NCBI GenBank assembly: GCA_034002925.1
Contig: JAVEZP010000002.1
Span: 16,655 to 80,654, forward strand
Length of the DNA: 64,000 bases
Source: Patescibacteria group bacterium
GTDB lineage: Bacteria; Patescibacteriota; Patescibacteriia; Patescibacteriales; UBA12465
Direction of reading: 5' to 3'
This document shows, piece by piece, positions 63,354 to 64,000 of the stretch (positions within the stretch are counted from its first letter, which is position 1; each line of letters starts with the position of its first letter). A program made the translations under genes and the position numbers. The notes under the pieces are model-generated. The model saw nothing but the letters and a program-made list of their open reading frames with translations, was not told the origin of the DNA and ran no database searches.

Positions 63354-64000
63354 TTATTCCGCTTGTCGATTTTTTAAAACCGCCAAAGGAGTTTTTAAAA
63401 TAATAGAAATATCCATTAACATGGACCAATTTTCTAAATAATAGACATCTAATTTAACTTCTTCCTCAAACAACAAATCGCTACGGCCAGACACCTGAGC
63501 TAAACCGGTAATACCAGGTTTCACCGTTAGAGCTTTACGATGATGATTTTCATATTTAGCTACCTCTTCTGGCAAATGAGGTCGAGGACCAACAATACTC
63601 ATCCGACCAATAAAGACTAGAAATAATTCCGGCAGCTCATCAATTGACCAACGTCTAATAAAAGCGCCAAATTTAGTTACCCTGGGATCATCCTTAATTT
63701 TTACCAAAGGTCCATCTGTCCGTAAATTCTTTTCTGCTAATTCATGATAACGCATACTATCAGAATTCACAATCATTGAACGGAACTTAAAGTAGCGAAA
63801 AGGCTGTCCACCCTCGCCCACTCTCATCACAAAAGAACCATCATCACGTTTAGCAAAAAAGACTGGACCGCGAGAATCAAGCTTAATGCCAAGCGCTACT
63901 ATTAATAATAAAGGAGAAAGGAGGGTGATTAAAATGGAAGAAAACAGAATATCAAAAATTCTTTTCCAAATACGACCCCAGCCATCAAGAGTAGTTTTCT
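63354..64000 (-). CDS. Polyprenyl-phosphate sugar phosphotransferase (Bac_transf/WbaP-type); 5' end beyond the window
   Basis: The track ORF starts at 63830, but the frame stays open to the window end (..WKRIFDILFSSILITLLSPLLLIVALGIKLDSRGPVFFAKR..). The C-terminal segment is ..PRPHLPEEV..KPGITGLAQV... Confidence 0.85.
   Translation of the reverse strand, partial: KTTLDGWGRIWKRIFDILFSSILITLLSPLLLIVALGIKLDSRGPVFFAKRDDGSFVMRVGEGGQPFRYFKFRSMIVNSDSMRYHELAEKNLRTDGPLVKIKDDPRVTKFGAFIRRWSIDELPELFLVFIGRMSIVGPRPHLPEEVAKYENHHRKALTVKPGITGLAQVSGRSDLLFEEEVKLDVYYLENWSMLMDISIILKTPLAVLKNRQAE

Noticed and set aside
1-64000. CRISPR arrays, rRNA genes, and alternative genetic code (UGA recoding, as in some small-genome lineages)
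   Set aside because: No regularly spaced direct repeats were seen, and there are no rRNA-like GC-rich stretches of sufficient length. Long conserved proteins (DnaE, UvrA, P-type ATPase) are intact under the standard code, so recoding need not be invoked.

Overview
AT-rich, gene-dense window with almost all genes on the minus strand. The gene content suggests a small-genome Patescibacteria/CPR-type bacterium. That call is an inference from DUF4012, DUF2207, DUF3048 and DUF192 proteins, a DhnA-type class I aldolase, LDH and compact Uvr proteins, not from a database search. Core content includes rplJ-rplL, a contiguous uvrB-uvrA-uvrC block, ldh, a prs-like gene, a P-type ATPase, Fur plus a cupin, lysS-greA, two glycan/envelope clusters, rpmE-prfA-prmC, L25, ftsW/rodA, dnaE, parAB, mnmA and dtd. 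Two tRNAs are present: Gln-CTG and Leu-CAA. No rRNA, CRISPR array or integrase is visible. The main result is a roughly 12 kb accessory island (about 24.3-36.7 kb) anchored on tRNA-Gln. Five degenerate copies of a 'terminator hairpin + tRNA-Gln 3'-end-like' unit, all in one orientation, split it into five cassettes. The cassettes carry surface or secreted hypothetical proteins, an intact IS200-type tnpA flanked by inverted hairpin arms, and a Nudix / Nudix-double-P-loop-kinase / adenosine-deaminase-like cluster. GC-rich structured patches stand out against the AT-rich background at 9.6-9.8 kb, 25.5-25.7 kb and 26.5-27.5 kb. They are candidate ncRNAs or mobile-element ends that I cannot assign to a family. 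There are also several small unannotated genes, including a toxin-like 38-49 aa membrane peptide behind a perfect consensus promoter. All coordinates, alignments and structures were worked out by eye, with no searches or folding programs.
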